From the IMG/VR virus record IMGVR_UViG_3300050138_000012, positions 1 to 56,317 of that record: a DNA stretch of 56,317 bases. The stretch is one strand, 5' to 3'. The notes beneath the pieces were generated by a model. It was given only the letters and a program-made list of their open reading frames with translations. It was not told the origin of the DNA and did no database searches. Both the position numbers and the translations under genes were made by a program. Position 1 is the first letter of the stretch. Each line of letters opens with the position of its first letter. The stretch comes from a virus (lineage: Duplodnaviria > Caudoviricetes). Of the stretch, positions 54,794-56,317 are shown piece after piece.

Positions 54794-54820
54794 TATATCA
54801 CGCCTTATTAATAAAGTCAA
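54792..54820 (-). promoter_or_regulatory. sigma70-type promoter overlapping primase start codon
   Basis: TTGACT-17-TATAAT with extended -10 TG; the -10 box overlaps ATG 54793. Confidence 0.65.
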
Positions 54821-54826
54821 CCACGT

Positions 54827-55543
54827 CTATTCTTTAACGGTAATTACTTCTTCTACAAGCTTTTTCTCTTTGAGGGTATCGTTCAGTACATAGCATGCCA
54901 AGGTCTTAGCGTGTCCTTGCCCGATACCGAATCGGTTCCTAGCATAGATTGGCTTGCTATCTTTATGAGAGTGGATAATCATCTGATTATAGACTTTACC
55001 ACTCTTGTAGAATTCGTCTTGGATAAACATAAACCCTCCCAGATTTTGCTTATCCAAGTCTTTTTCAGGATTGACTCCTGAATGAACGAAGAAATACTTA
55101 TTAGACTGGTAGTACATAGGAAGTGTACCCAACCACATTGTATCTTTGATATAGGATTCAACTTGAAGATCATTAATCTTAGGCTGATATATACTGCCAG
55201 CTCTACGATAGGAGCGAAGAATGCCCTTGCCAAGGTTAGATTTAAAGAAGTTAGGTTTCGCACAAAGCATCTTCTGCTCACGAGCGCCTCTAAGGATAAT
55301 AGCCTGATCCTTGCGATCTTTCTGGTAATCCTTTAGAACATCAATAACCGATTGCGAATCACCAGAGGCTCCGATAAAGTCGCCAAGGAACACAACCTTA
55401 TCGTTCTTACAGAAGATCTGAGACTCTTCAATCTCTTCGATCAACTTCATAAGAAGAAGGTAGTTGCCATTAATATTACCGACTGTCCAAATCAACTGTC
55501 GGGATGGATCGCTTGCCAAATCCTCTGCGCGTGCTAATTTCAT
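54827..55543 (-). CDS. Degenerate Ser/Thr phosphatase-like metallophosphoesterase
   Basis: PPP-like spacing (VGNING, FLGDFI, LRGARE, FVHSG) but metal ligands substituted; GGAGGAG RBS. Confidence 0.75.
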   Translation of the reverse strand: MKLARAEDLASDPSRQLIWTVGNINGNYLLLMKLIEEIEESQIFCKNDKVVFLGDFIGASGDSQSVIDVLKDYQKDRKDQAIILRGAREQKMLCAKPNFFKSNLGKGILRSYRRAGSIYQPKINDLQVESYIKDTMWLGTLPMYYQSNKYFFVHSGVNPEKDLDKQNLGGFMFIQDEFYKSGKVYNQMIIHSHKDSKPIYARNRFGIGQGHAKTLACYVLNDTLKEKKLVEEVITVKE

Positions 55544-55571
55544 ACTATTTCTCCTCCGAAATTGTTATTGG

Positions 55572-55796
55572 TCATTCTTCATCCTCATCATCAAACGCTA
55601 GGTCTTCATCATGGATGGATTCTTCACCTGTGATCTCTACAAACTCTTCCAAGTCCTCCATCATATCGTCTAGCAATGGCCCTATGTATTTATTATAGGC
55701 TGAACCGTACTGTGCTTTAAGCATCGGCCTAGATTCTTTGATATGGTTCTTAAACATCTCTAGTTCTTCAAAGTCTTGGGTTGAAACTATTCTCAT
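55572..55796 (-). CDS. Small acidic hypothetical protein
   Basis: ATGA overlap with upstream stop; acidic C-terminus. Confidence 0.55.
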   Translation of the reverse strand: MRIVSTQDFEELEMFKNHIKESRPMLKAQYGSAYNKYIGPLLDDMMEDLEEFVEITGEESIHDEDLAFDDEDEE

Positions 55797-56317
55797 GGTG
55801 TTGGTGCTCTCATGAGACGATCTAGTTCCGCCTCGTCTGCAGGAGGCAGAGCAATCTGTTGACGAATAGCCGACCAAACTGGCGACTCACGCTTTGTGTG
55901 TGAACCTATCCTAATAAACTCTTTATCATACCAGTTGCGGTATGAGTTCAACGTTGAGCGTGCGACTACAGCTTTTGGGAATACAAAAGGCTTCTTGTTA
56001 TTATCTTGCTGATAAGGATCTGGAACATTGTAAGGAGGGGTTTTAAAAGCTTTTTCCACCTCGTTCCTATCCCAGTAATTAAGCTGTGCTGCATAGTTCT
56101 TATGCAATCTTGAAAGTAATGGTTTTGTGACATGCTCTTTTTCAAAGCGGTACTCATACTCAGTAAATAGCTCTGCCCACATCTTATAAAGCCATTTCCA
56201 ATTTTGATCTGACGCTTTCAACCATGATAAGTACAGAGTATCTACATCCATTTTCGGATGATAAATTGTCTTCATAATGTCTTCATCATCACAGGCTACC
56301 CTACACACATATGATAG
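55793..56317 (-). CDS. Pyrimidine-dimer DNA glycosylase (DenV/Pyr_excise)-like protein, 5'-truncated
   Basis: W...S..NWKWL.....L..EY..RF.K.H and SYR.WY motifs; frame open to window end (LSYVCRV...). Confidence 0.6.
   Translation of the reverse strand, partial: LSYVCRVACDDEDIMKTIYHPKMDVDTLYLSWLKASDQNWKWLYKMWAELFTEYEYRFEKEHVTKPLLSRLHKNYAAQLNYWDRNEVEKAFKTPPYNVPDPYQQDNNKKPFVFPKAVVARSTLNSYRNWYDKEFIRIGSHTKRESPVWSAIRQQIALPPADEAELDRLMRAPTP

Noticed and set aside
1-56317. Stop-codon reassignment, tRNA genes, integrase or introns/inteins
   Set aside because: Core genes are full length in the standard code; no cloverleaf, recombinase or intervening sequence recognised by eye (tRNAscan not run)

Overview
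Near-complete genome of a tailed dsDNA phage with podovirus-type organisation and no integrase, repressor or phage RNA polymerase in view. Both window ends cut through minus-strand genes (a pentapeptide-repeat gene at the left, a DenV/Pyr_excise-like gene at the right), so a segment is missing. Two arms diverge from a ~1.1 kb AT-rich control region (3661-4772) and converge at ~36066. The plus arm (4773-36066) is morphogenesis: terS, terL, portal, GroES-like protein, scaffold, major capsid protein, adaptors, Gly-rich fibres, nozzle, a GNAT plus Asp/Asn-hydroxylase pair, and ejection proteins including a 1980-aa polyvalent protein. The minus arm carries early genes (ankyrin-like, KTSC, pentapeptide) and T7-like replication genes (primase-helicase, PolA, SSB, PD-(D/E)xK exonuclease, Endo VII, GIY-YIG). 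It also carries PhoH, DUF5664, an adenine MTase, a nucleotidyltransferase, a phiEco32-like COOH-NH2 ligase, two metallophosphoesterases and a Gram-negative lysis cassette. The most notable signals are: GcrA/CcrM- and CtrA-like motifs plus a phased YCATAA array and a ~210-nt fold-back in the control region; an ejected ART/metallopeptidase/PLxRFG protein with KFQR-bounded modules; a [FYL]xxGG repeat system next to a putative protein-modification cassette; a pseudo-phosphatase; a PolA with paired active-site substitutions; and many apparently leaderless sigma70 transcripts. All family calls come from motif recognition by eye; no database search was run.
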